This document shows, in pieces, positions 1 through 11,412 of a stretch of DNA of 22,179 bases. Origin of the DNA: Fonticula alba ATCC 38817 (Eukaryota > Protista > Nucleariida); assembly GCA_000388065.2 (NCBI GenBank), contig KB932207.1, one strand, 5' to 3'. A program made the position numbers and the translations under genes. The notes under the pieces were generated by a model. That model did no database searches. It saw only the letters and a list, made by a program, of their open reading frames with translations, and had not been told where the DNA came from. Every line of letters begins with the position of its first letter. Positions within the stretch are counted from its first letter, which is position 1.

Positions 1-2358
1 CCCATCTGGAGGCCCGGAGGCGCATGAGCAGATGGGGGGGGGGGGGGCGGGCAGAAGGCCAGCTGCTTCCACCGGGCCCCGGAAGTGGCGTGCGAGCCTG
101 TGGGACTGATCGAAGGGTGTGCGCCCGGCTGGCCGGCGGCCCCACGCTACTTCGTCATGGAGCGATTAGGCGGTTTTGCGGGTCATGCGCCGGCGCGTGG
201 CTGGACCTCCGGGCGGACCCGGCCGGTGGCCGGGTTCGTGCATGAATGCGAGCGATCGATCGGAGCACCGTGCCGTTGGCCGGCCACCGGCACCGGTGCT
301 AATGAGCGGCGTGCACATTGTCTCAGAAGTGCGCCCGGGCCCCCCGTTACAGGAGTTGCGTGCGCGGCGCTACCCGCGCGAGGCTGCGGCTGGCCGAGGG
401 GCCGGCCCTTCCGGCGGGCGCGGTCCCGGGCGCCGAGAGGCGTCCGCCAGCCCGAGCCGGGCGCCGAGAGGCTGGGAGGAAAGGCAAAAAGAAGGCCGCA
501 AAGTTCGGAAGGATTACGTCAACGCATTGCAACCGCCCTCCCCCCCCCCCCGGCCGCCGGCCGCCGGCCGTCGGCTGCCCCCTGGGCTCTCAGCTCGAAC
601 CCCCGGCCGAAGAGCGGCGCCGGCGCACCGCAAAGGGGGGCGGGTTCCCCAAAGGAGGAAGAGCCACGCTGGGCGCGCATGCGCGGCATTAGGACGCTCA
701 TAAGCCCCAGAAGGGCCTGGCCTCTCGCCCTCGCCGCCCCTTACTACCTCCCCCCTCCCCCCCCGGCAGCGGCGCCGGCGGTCCCGGGGCCGGGGCGAAT
801 GTCCCCGGAGGGGAGGGGAGCGAGGGCGGAGGGCCCCATGCGCATGGGCCGCGCGGGGAAAAGCCCCGGGGAACCGGCGCCGGGCTCCTGGGTGGCCCGA
901 GGGGGCGGGGGCGGGGACGGGGGAGGGCCTTCATATGCCCCGGGGCCGGTTGGCGGGGACGCGCCGGCGCCGACGCCGGCAGGAAATCAAGTTGCCAGGC
1001 GCGCCGTGGGCCCATGTGCGCCCGGTGACGCGGATCGCCTGGCGGCCGTGAGCGGAGGACGACGACCGACACGGCGGCGCGGCCCTCGAGCCATGTGTTC
1101 CCTGTTGTACGGCCTTCTGGTGCATGGCCACCCCCCCCCCCCCCCCGGCTGTGGCCAGGCCGGGAGAAAGAACCGCCCGGCGCACCGGCATGGGGTGGAG
1201 GCGCGAGGGACCGGGCGCGAGTCCGGCACTCCTCTGTCCGGGGGGGGGGGGGAGATGCTCGCCCGGCAGACCGGGACCCCCGGTCGGTGTAACCGCCCTG
1301 TAGCCAACCCGCCGGCAATGGAGGAAGACGAACACCGGAGGCGGGTGGCCGGTTGCGCCGGAATAAAAAAGGCCGCCGGCCCGGCGCCCCTGCGCGCCCA
1401 CGAGGCACCCGGCGGGCCGGGGCACCGCAACACAGGCAACCAGCGTGGCCGCCGGCACCGGGTGGCAACCGCACGGGCCCGCTGGTGGCCCCGCACGGGG
1501 CCGCAGGGGACACCGCACCGCGAAGTGCGCCGGCCACCCGCCGGAGGCCCATGATGCCCCATCGCGCCGCGGGGCCAGACCTCGACGCCTGGGCGAACGC
1601 CGGGCGCCTCGGCGGACGAATCGCCGAGGCCGCCGCGCCCCGTTGGGCCGGGACCGCTGTTCGCCTGCCACGGCGCGCCCGATCACGACCTTAGTCATCC
1701 GCCGGCCGGATGCAGTCCGCCGACGGCCGACCCATGCCGCCTTGGTCCCCATCTCCGGACCCCACAGATTGTGGGGGGGCGCCGGTTGTCTTGGGCGGCT
1801 CGCCCCCCCCCCCCCGGCGGCCGGGCCACCCGGCTACCTGCCCTCAATGGGCGCGGGCGGGGGGGGGGGAGGCCCGGCTGGAACGGGCCCGCACACACAC
1901 CTGAGCGATTTTGAATTCAAACGGCCGGGCCGAAATTGCAATTGCCCCGGCCCAATAACCGCCCGCCCGGCCATGCTCGTCGTGCACCGCGGGGCTGGGC
2001 GTTCGCTCGGGCACCGCGGGGGCCATGGGGAGCGGGGGCCGGTGCACGAAGGGGAGAAATATAGCTCGCATTATTTCATCGGCCATTTCCTGCCCTCGCT
2101 CACGGGCTTGCCTGCTCGCCGGCGAGTGGCCCAGCCCCCCTCCCCCCCCTCTCTTGCTCCCTCTCTCGCTCTGTGGTAGTGTCTGTGAGTGGTCTCTGTG
2201 GTCCCTTGGGAAGGGCCCGGCAAAAGGGGGCCCGAAGGCGCGTCTCCCCCGTCCCGCCCCCAGGGGGCGACACCCGCCACCCCGGAAGGGGCACATGCCA
2301 GTGTCCGGGGTATGGGTGTATACACGGCGCGGTCCATCCCCGGCCGCGCCCATTCTTC

Positions 2359-2360
<2 letters not shown>

Positions 2361-2391
<31 letters not shown>

Positions 2392-2543
2392 NNNNNNNNN
2401 NNNNNNNNNNNNNNNNNNNNNNNNNNNNNNNNNNNNNNNNNNNNNNNNNNNNNNNNNNNNNNNNNNNNNNNNNNNNNNNNNNNNNNNNNNNNNNNNNNNN
2501 NNNNNNNNNNNNNNNNNNNNNNNNNNNNNNNNNNNNNNNNNNN

Positions 2544-2573
<30 letters not shown>
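2361..2573. repeat. Poly-C homopolymer runs flanking assembly gap 2392-2543
   Basis: About 30 C on each side of the N run. Confidence 0.95.
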
Positions 2574-2574
<1 letters not shown>

Positions 2575-4448
2575 CCACAGAGGAGAATCCCGGGAAATGC
2601 CCCCGGTACCGGGGACCGCCTCGGACATGCCTTTGGGAGAAACGGCCCGGCACTAGGTCCCCATTCCCCCGCCGGCGCCCAGCCCGCGCGGCGCGCCCCC
2701 ACGCCCATGCAGCGTGCGTGCCAAAGGGAGGCCCTCCAGCTTGCGGTCAGCATGTTATGCCCATCCCCCCCCCCTGCCCAGAGAGAGCGAGTCTCCTGGT
2801 GCGGGGGGAGCTGCGCGGGCAGATGGTCTCAACCTCGAGTCCCTCTGCGCCCGGGCCGGCGGACCCGAGGATCGATGGCCGGCCAAGGGACGGCTTGGCA
2901 CGGCGAACATGGTCGCCAGGCGGGGCCCCGGCGCGCCGCTTGCCGAGGCAGCCTGAGCCCCAGCCAACCCCCGTTGTCGAGGGCGCCCAGGCGTGCGGGA
3001 CCCGAGGCCGGCCGGGGGGGGGGGGGCCCGTCCCCCGCGGCCGAGGAAGCCGCCGACGCCGGAGCCCCCCCCCCCCTTCGTCGGAGAGTGAGAACACCCA
3101 GGCGCCCGGGCCCCCTGGTCCTCCCCATAGAGCCCCCCCTCCTCCCCCCGGCTCTGGGAGAAGAGCCCCCTGATGAGGCAGGCTTCCCCACTCCGGGAAG
3201 GGCGTCCACCCCGGCGCCCCGCCCCCCCGCTCTCCCCTTCGAATGCCGGAAGGATGCGGGCGCATCCTTCCGTCCCCAAGAGGCTTGGTGCTCTCCCTCT
3301 CTCTCTCCCTCCCTCCCTCGCTCCCTCGCTCTTTTCGGGCTCGTAGATACCCTCGGTGGAGGGAGGCACAGAGCAGGGGGGGGGGGCACATCTTTCGGGT
3401 GAGACCACCAAAACCGCGCCTGTGGGAAGCGGGCGTTTTGTCCGTCTGCCACTGTACACGGCGGCCCGGAGCTCGCGATGCCTGGCGTCAGTCACGTCTG
3501 CCCAGGGGCTGGTAGGGCCGGAGGAGGCAACGCAAGGGGAGAGCGCTCTGGCCGGGCAGAGAAAGAGCGAAGCGACTCCCTTGGCCTGCCCCCCCCCCCC
3601 CCCCCCCCCCCCCCCTCTGTCCCTGCCGCCCTTGGCCCAAAGAGGCGCCCCGGTGGAGAGGCCCGTGCGCGGTCCTTTGCCCGGATCCCCCCCAGCGTCT
3701 GGCCTGGGGCGACCGGGCGCACATCGTGCGCTCGGCTGCAGCTAGCCAGTGTCCCTTGTTCAGGCCGACCCGCTGGCGCATGAGCACCTTCCCCCGGCTC
3801 CCCCGTTTCCGAAGGAGGATCCCCCCTCCGGCGTATCGCCCCTGTCGACCGGCCCAAGCAGGCTCGGGCGATGATAAGCGCGCCTCCCGGCCCCCCTCTC
3901 GGTCTGGGACCGGCGGCGTGCTGCAAATCCGGAATCACAATGATGGAATGCACGGAGGCATCCGCGATGGATACACCCGAACGCCGGGCCGCGAGACACG
4001 GCCGAGGGCCTGGACTAGTCACACCCTTACACACCAGCCCATGCGTGATCACATGAAGGAGTACCGAAAGGGCGTGGGGATTTCCCACTCAGGGGAGGCA
4101 CATCCCAACGCCGGGTCTGTGATCATTCGTGATGACCCCCTCGCCGGACCGAGGAGCTTGGACAGAGAATTGGGACATCATACATCACCCGAAGAGTCAC
4201 GCGCAGTCCGTGCCCGGGAAGGGGGCTGCCTGTGGTTTATTTGGGCACCGTTCCGGCAGGCCCGCGCCACACCACCTGCCCGCAGTAGACAGCTCTCCAC
4301 ACCTCCCCTCCTCCCTTTCCCCTCCCTCCCGCTTTCCCTCTCCCTCTCTCTGCCCCCCGCCCCCCTCCTCTCCTTGCCCCCTCTTTTACGGCCACCGCGA
4401 ACTGCCCGCTCTCCCTTCCTGCCGCCGCCGTCGCAGAAGCAGAAGAAG

Positions 4449-5671
4449 ATGACAAAGTACTACTGCGGTGCGTGTCTTCCTGCCACAGTCCATTGGCCAG
4501 GCACCTTTCCCCCCCTGTCCTTCTCTCTGTCTCCCCTTTTGTCCCTTGCCTCGCCCTATCTTTGTCCCTCTCCCTCTCGAGACGCATCGCATGTTGTTGT
4601 CGCTGGTTCCTCGCTCGCGCTCAAGGCTAACTTCCCCCCGTGCGGTGGCGGTCTCCCCTGCCCAGAATACTGCGACATCTCTTTGACGTACGATTCGCCA
4701 TCCGTGCGCAAGTCTCACAACACCGGCTGGAAGCACCGCCAGACCGTCCGGAACTATTACGCCCGTGCGTGTGATCCGCCCCATCCGCCCCATCCGCCCC
4801 ATCTGCCCCCTTTGCACCCTCCCTCACCCTGCCCCGTGCCACAATGGTGTACTGAAACTTGTCGCTCCCCTCGCCCCCCACCTGTGTCCAGGGCTCGTGG
4901 GTCGTCCGGATCTCGTGTGCCATGAGACCGGGCCCCCCAACAGCAGTCGCGCCAAGCGCAACCGTCGCGGTCGTACGGGCTCCCACCTTTCCACTTGCGC
5001 CCCTGGGCTTTCCGCAGATGGCTGACCCTTCCCATTCTCCTGTTCTGCTCCTTGCCTTCCTCTTGCTTCGTGTTCGGTCGCCGACTCCAGCCGACCGTGG
5101 CGATCGTGTACGCACATATCCCCCTCCCAGGGGGCATACACTTTTCATGGCATTCCCTTGCCCTCTCTCCCCCCTCCTCCCTTACCACCGGGGCAATTGC
5201 TAACCTCTTCCCTTGGTATCCACCCATCGCCAATCCCGCCCTCCTTCCCCCCCTTCCCGATCGCCGCCTCTCCAGGGCCGCGGAATGCACTTCGGTGGTG
5301 GTGGTGGCGGCGGCGGCGGCGGCGGTGGCGGCTTCCGTAATGACATGGGCTCCGGCGGTCGTATGATGCCGATGCACGGGATGGGGCCCGGCCCGATGGG
5401 CGACATGCCCCCGCCTGGGGGCCCGTTCATGTTTGGCGGCCCGCCGCCGCCGCACATGGGCGGGATGTTCATGCCGCCGCCGCCGCCGCATGGGTTCCCC
5501 CCGCCGGGGCCACCGCCGCCGCACGGGGCCCACGGGCATGACCAGGGCCCGCCGGGGGCCTGGGCCCCTCCTCCGGGAGCTTGGGCCGGTGGGCCGCTGG
5601 CTGCCCCGTCGCAGGGTGCCTTCCCGCCGCCGGCGCTGGCGCCGGCGTCCTCATCGGCGCCGCCCCAGTGA
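4449..5671 (+). CDS. SNRPC: U1 small nuclear ribonucleoprotein C (U1-C), 5 exons: 4449-4467, 4666-4764, 4892-4972, 5091-5107, 5276-5671; 203 aa
   Basis: Spliced translation begins [38 protein letters not shown]. This matches the U1-C matrin-type C2H2 finger (human [30 protein letters not shown], ligands C6/C9/H24/H30). It is followed by a Gly/Pro/Met-rich tail typical of U1-C. All introns are GT-AG, with branch points CTAAC 4627, CTGAC 5022 and CTAAC 5200. Exon lengths sum to 612 nt and end at TGA 5669-5671. Exons 3-4 are less certain than exons 1, 2 and 5. Confidence 0.93.
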
Positions 5672-5953
5672 CAGTGGCTGGCATTTGGCTCCTTCCCCCC
5701 CGCCGCCGCGCACATGCACGCGCGTGCGCCGTTGCCCATGTAACCCTTTTCTTTCTCTTCCTCTCCTTTTCTCCGTCGTCCCCTCAATACTTGTCTTCCT
5801 TTTTGTCTCCCCCCTCTCTTCCCCGGTGCGTGGGCGCGGCCAAAACACAGGATCTTTCAGGGAGGGGGGGGGGGAGCTGGAGCTGGGAAAGGAGTGCTTG
5901 TGTATTCGGGGGTAAATAGGGTAAAAAAGGAGGGCGAGGAGGGGGGTGGGGGG

Positions 5954-6103
5954 NNNNNNNNNNNNNNNNNNNNNNNNNNNNNNNNNNNNNNNNNNNNNNN
6001 NNNNNNNNNNNNNNNNNNNNNNNNNNNNNNNNNNNNNNNNNNNNNNNNNNNNNNNNNNNNNNNNNNNNNNNNNNNNNNNNNNNNNNNNNNNNNNNNNNNN
6101 NNN
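5954..6103. other. Assembly gap (150 N) expected to hide the kinase C-terminal exon(s)
   Basis: N run located just downstream of the last kinase donor (6248) and its branch point (6174-6179). Confidence 0.9.
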
Positions 6104-6148
<45 letters not shown>

Positions 6149-6173
6149 GCGTGCGGTGTGTGCGTGCGTGCGT
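6104..6173. repeat. (TG)n/(CA)n microsatellite in the last visible kinase intron, abutting an assembly gap
   Basis: Direct reading. It lies immediately downstream (on the - strand) of the branch point GCTAAC at 6179-6174. Confidence 0.95.
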
Positions 6174-6248
6174 GTTAGCAAGGCTTGCTTGTTTCTTCCC
6201 CCTGTAACTTTGCGAATAATGGCAAGCCCGCCAAAGAGCCCCACGCAC

Positions 6249-7387
6249 CGACATAGGCTGGCGTGCCGACGACGCTGGTCAGGAAAGCCGCCCGGCCGGC
6301 GCCGTTGCCAACCACATTGGCGAAGCCGAAGTCCGCGATCTTCAGCCGCCAGAGGCCACCCTCCTTGGAAAGGAGCAGGTTCTCCGGCTTCAAGTCGCGG
6401 TGGATGACCCCGCGATCGTGGAGATGCTTGACAGCCACGGCCAGCTGGTGGAAGAGGAACCGCGCCTCATCCTCGGCCAGGGCACCCTTCTTCTCGACAT
6501 GCTCCAGAAGATCGCCACCGGGGACGCTGTTTTTTTTTTGTTGTTGTTTTTTCCCCCGTAGGAGGGACAATGCCAGGGAGATATTAGTACACAGGCGGCA
6601 AGGTGGCCACCCCCCCCCCCCCCCCGCCGCAAGATTGCCTTCTTCCCCACTCCCCCTGTCTGGCTGACTTTCCTGCCCTCGCCCCCATGACGACATGCCA
6701 ATGTGGGGCACGTACAGTTCCATGAACATGTAGATGGAGTCCTGGTCGTCGAACACCGCGTGAAGGAGAACAATGCCAGGCTGGAGAGCAGGAAAGGACA
6801 GCCGAGGGGTCAGCCTGCGAGAAGCCCAAATGGCGAGAGGTGGCAAGAGGGAAGAAGGGGGCCACCACTTCCCCGGTGGCATTCTTCCCTCCGGAGCACG
6901 TACATGGCGGACACCACCGAGGATCTCGATCTCCCGCTGGAGCTGACGCATGCTGGTCATAGAGCGCTTGCTCCGGCCGCGGCCCCAGAAGCGCCGCTTG
7001 TCCACAATCTTGACCGCGAGGTTGGTCTTGGTCGGGATGTGCCGAGCCAGCTTGACCACGCCAAATTGACCACTGCATGTGGCATGGGCGTGTCACGCGC
7101 ACGCATGGATTTCCACACCACCGCCACGGCACGCGATGGCAGCATCAGCGGCGACAGTGACATTCAGGCAGACGAAGGAAGCCACGGGGGGAGGGGGGGG
7201 ATGCCGAGAGGCCCAACAGGGGTTTCCGTGTGAGTCGACGAAGGGGCGAGCGACAGGGAGAAGGGGGGAGAAAGGGAGGGAAGAACCAAAACACCCCCCC
7301 CCCCCCGGCCAAAGGGCGGCCCCCAGCCCAAGTGCCCAGCACGCAAGTCACATACCTGCCCAAGATGACCGAGTGGTTGATCTCATA
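6249..7387 (-). other. Protein kinase domain, subdomains I-VIII (part of the giant CDS)
   Basis: Spliced sequence: YEINHSVILGSGQFGVVKLARHIPTKTNLAVKIVDK...QLQREIEIL..VRHPGIVLL...IYMFMELVPGGDLL...HLHDRGVIHRDLKPENLLL...LKIADFGFA...SVVGTPAYV. The Gly-loop, VAIK-equivalent Lys, alphaC Glu, HRD and DFG are all intact. Confidence 0.95.
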
Positions 7388-10300
7388 GTCTGACATGGAC
7401 TGGCCCAGGAGACGCTGCACGTCGGACTCGCCGGTTGCATTGGCCGCGGGCGCGGGCGCGGGCGCGGGCGGGGGCGGCCCGGCCGGCAGATCCCCCAGCG
7501 GGTCCATGCCATGCCGCGGGGACCCAGGCAGCGAAACCCCCTGGCCGCCGGGGGTGGCGGCCTGCGGCGGCGGCGGCGGGGACTGATAGTGTCCTGGGCC
7601 GTGGGCCAGCATGTGCGCCGGAGCCGAGGCCGGGTGATGGTGCGACGGAAGGTGCATGGCCATGCGTGGTGGCGGGGCCCCGGCCGTGGCCATGGCATGT
7701 GGCCCATACTGGTGGGGATGGTGATAGTGACCGGGCGCAACGCCGCTCGGGGGCCCGCCTCCTGCCACGAGGTAGGGATGGTTGCCACCGACGCCCGGGC
7801 CCGGGGAAGCCAGTGACGAGATGCTTGACATGGTGCTGCTGCGGGTCAGGCCGCTGGCGGCCCCGGGGGCCGGCGGCACATGCGGCGTCGCATTCAGCAA
7901 GGCGCTCATGTTCGTGCCGGGGATCGACAGGCCGGACATTTCCATGGTCGGGTAGGTGGGCGAGTAGCCGCCGGCGGCGGCCGCAGCCGCGACAACCGCC
8001 GCGGCCGTCACCGTCCCCGGAAGGGACTCCGTGGACCCGGTCCCGGGGGTCATGCCGCCGGTGAAGCGCCCCTGCATCATCAGCATATGGGGAGGGATCT
8101 GCCCGGCGGCGGCGGCGGCAGCCACCGCGGCGGGTGTGGCAGGCTGCCCGGGTGCCGGCATGCCGGCTGGGGCATAGTGCGCCCCGCCAGGGAAGTTCCC
8201 CGGCCCGGGGAGGGTCCCGGCCGGGGCCATCGGTCCGCCGATATGCGGCCCGGGGAGGGTCCCCGTGGCGGCCGGCATCGGCCCGCCGAGCCCACCCGGC
8301 CCGGGGAGGGTCCCCGTGCCACAGGAGGGCCCGGGAAGGGTCCCGGTCGAGGAGGGGCAAGCCGCACGCCCGGGCAGCGTCTCGGTGCCGGCCCCCAGGG
8401 TGTGGACATTCTTCATGCCGGGGCTGTGGCCGGGGCCGGTCCCCCGCGGCAGCATGTCCGTCATCAGGGGATACGGATGCGTCTGCGAGTGCATATGCGG
8501 CCCCGAGCGGCTGGGATAGGGCGAGGGCGCGGCCAGGTGGTGCTGCTGCGGTTGCTGGTGGTGCTGAAGATAGTGCTGGTGCGGCTGGTACTGGTGCTGC
8601 TGGTGCGGGGACACCGGGCTCTCGACCGAGCCGTGCGCCCGGCCATACATGTTACCAAGCTGCTTGTTTTTTTTTTTTTTTTTTTTTTTTCATTTCGGCC
8701 GGGCCGGTGAGCGAGGGGGAGGGAGATGCACGATGTCTGTCAGTGGGCGAGGCGCGGTCACACCGGCGGTCCACCAAGAGGGGGACGGACACAGGGCAAG
8801 CATATGCACACATGTGCATGCACAACAATGCGTACCTCCGACAGGGGAGACAGGTCGGAGCCCATCGGGGCGCCGGACCGCGGTAGGAGCCCCGGACTGC
8901 CAGCCCCAGAGCAGGGGGTGGTGATGGGCTGAGGCAGGGGGATGGCGCTGTGGCCGCTGGGGCTGGTGCTGCCGGCGCCGGTGGTGGGCACTGCTCGCGG
9001 GGACTGCGGCCGGTGGGGGGACGCATGGCCGCTGCCGGTGCCGCCGTGCGAGGAACTGGGCGACTGGGCATGGGGCGAGGTGCCGCCGCTGCCGCCCAGG
9101 GACGCCAGGCGCGGGGAGCTCGGTGAGGCCGAATTGCCGGAGGGCTTGCGCTCGAGCGACCCCTGCGCCTGCGGGTGATGCTGATGCGGCAGCTGGCTGT
9201 TGGTCGACAGGTGGAGGTGCTGCACCAGGGACGACCCGCTGTTGGTGCGGATTAGGGTGAAGCGCTCTGGGGTCTCGTCGCCCGGAGGCAGCAGGGGGTC
9301 CACATAGTCATTGATGGACGAGGCATTGGACCCACCGCGCGATACGCCGGGCAGAGTGCCCGCCTGGGGCAGAGGCATGTCGCGAAGCTCCTCCTCGGAG
9401 CCCAGTCGCGAGAGGAGGGCCTGCGTGGTGGGAGCCTTCGAGGCATGGGGCCCAGCGCTGGCATCTATTCCGGCAGGCGGCGGCGTGGGGGGGGGGGGGG
9501 GGGGAGGGGAAAGGCATGGTCGCAAGGTGTGCGTGCGAGATGCAAGGAGGGCTTGTCAGCATGCAGGGGACCACCCGAGAGCCAGATGCATGGGCGCCAA
9601 CAACAGCAGCAGCAGCAACATCCGCGGCGGGGGTGGTGGCGGTGGCGGTGGCGGTGGCGGTGGCGGTGCTGGCGTGGCCAATGAAGCAAGCGGAGGGCGG
9701 CCCAAAGGATGGGGGTTTGCGTACCAGGACTGCCGGGCCCGGAGGCCAGAGAGCCGGCTGCCTGCTCGGAGCTGGCTTGTTCGGTGAGCTTGGCCATGCG
9801 ACCGACCGAGGGAGCGGCGGCGGGGCCATCCACAGCGGCCGAGCTGTCATACTCGACCAGCCGATTGGATGCCGCGGCGACGGCCATCCGGCGCATTTGG
9901 GCCGCCGAGTCGGCGTAACACCGGTGCAGAGCCGAGTCGACGGACTTCCGCCGGGGGGGCTGGTGCTGGGCCGCATCCGGGCTCAAGTCGGCAAAGGCCT
10001 CGGACCGGGGCCCGGAATCGTACAGGGTCGACCCGCCGACCGGCAGGTTGACCGTGCTGACCAGGGCCTGGCGCATGCATTCCACATCGTGCAGGCCGGC
10101 GCCGGCGCCGGCGCCACCGGCCGGGGTGGAGGAGGCCGATCCGCCGATGCCGCCCTCCTGCGAGGAGCACCGCGAGGTGTACTGCTGGGACTGCTGCGCC
10201 CCGGCCATGCAGGAACTGTCCTGCAGCCGCGGGGACGCATGCTCCGGGGCCCGGCTCGGCCGTGGCGGCAGGGAGGGATTGTTCATGAGGTCCAGCCCGC

Positions 10301-11371
10301 GCTCGCGCCCGGGGGTCAGGACCAGCCCGTTGCCGGGGTACTCGTCCTTCGGCGAGCGAGTAAAGTGCGACTGGTGCGCGGTGTGCATTTCGCCGGCATC
10401 ATGGAAGAAGGACGCGGGCGCGGTGAAGGTCAATGACTGGGACCCGCCATTGCCGTAGGCCCCGGCCGGGCCATCGACCAGGGGGTTGGACAGGCAGGCC
10501 GGCAGGGCCGGCGACCCGGCCGCCGGCGACCGAACCGGGCCACCCCCGAGGGGAATGAAGTTGGCGATGGAGGGCGGCAGCTCCGGGCCCGGGGTGGGGT
10601 GCTTTGCGCCGGCCGCCGTGGCCACTGCGGCCAGCGAGGAGGCCGACTGTGACCGGCCGCCACTGGCCAGATGCCCGGCAGACGACCCGCCCAGGGCCCC
10701 GACGTGGGGCGACGAGCCGGCCGCCTGGGCCGCCGCCGCCGCCGCGGCCAGTGCCGCAAACCCCGGCGCCTGGCCCGGGAGATTCCCACTGGAGGCAGAG
10801 CCGCTGGATGGCCGCTGCCAGGTGGGCGACAGGACCGGCACCGAGCGGTCGATCGCCGACACGGCACTGGCGCCATTGGGCCCGGGGCCCATGAAGGGCG
10901 ATGCCGTGGCCCCGCCACCGGCCCCAGCCACCACCAGGGAGGGCATGGATTGCGAGTGGCCCGAGTGCGCCGGCGACTGCAGCGACATAACCTGCGGGTG
11001 GGAGAGGGACCCGCCATTGGAATGGTGCCCCGGGGGAGCATAGTGGCCCGGCAAGCCGGAGGAGGGGGAATAGTAGCCGGGGATGTTGGCCGTGGCACTG
11101 GGAGCAGGCCCGGCACCGTTGAGGCCCGGGTGCACGGCACCGCCGGTGCCATTGGCTGCGGAGGCCGCCGCGGCGGCGGCCGCCGCCGCCGCCAGGAACC
11201 CCGATGACCCGCCACTCCAGGTGTAACTGCTACCATGGAGATTGGCGCCGGCCAGGACCCCGGCGGCTGGCGGCGAGCCCGGCATCAGGTGCGGCGAGTC
11301 GGACCCGGTACCGGCCAAGTGTGCCAGGGCATCATTGGAGCTGACAAAGTAGGCATGCCCCAGGGAGGCTG

Positions 11372-11412
<41 letters not shown>

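Noticed and set aside
585-606. Minus-strand GGTTCGAG resembling a tRNA T-loop
   Set aside because: No T-stem pairing or cloverleaf.
674-848. Palindromes CGCGCATGCGCG (674-685) and CCCATGCGCATGGG (835-848), NRF1-like
   Set aside because: Short GC-rich palindromes are expected by chance here, and there is no associated gene start.
85-1554. 489-aa ORF and other overlapping long ORFs in 1-3500
   Set aside because: Arg/Pro/Gly/Ala-rich translations in several frames at once, with no domain motif and no consistent splice structure. This is expected from ~70% GC and stop-codon scarcity.
4129-4135. GTGATGA box-C-like motif (possible C/D snoRNA)
   Set aside because: No CTGA box D or terminal stem was found downstream.
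3726-4925. 399-aa ORF suggesting a long N-terminal extension of U1-C
   Set aside because: U1-C homology starts exactly at ATG 4449. The upstream part is pyrimidine-rich UTR-like sequence, and the ORF simply reads through the 3n intron 1.
5784-5953. Minus-strand PFLPYLPPNTQALLSQLQL..PER as possible kinase subdomains X-XI
   Set aside because: The resemblance is faint, the DNA is homopolymer- and pyrimidine-rich like an intron or UTR, and the invariant spacing to the subdomain XI Arg is not convincing.
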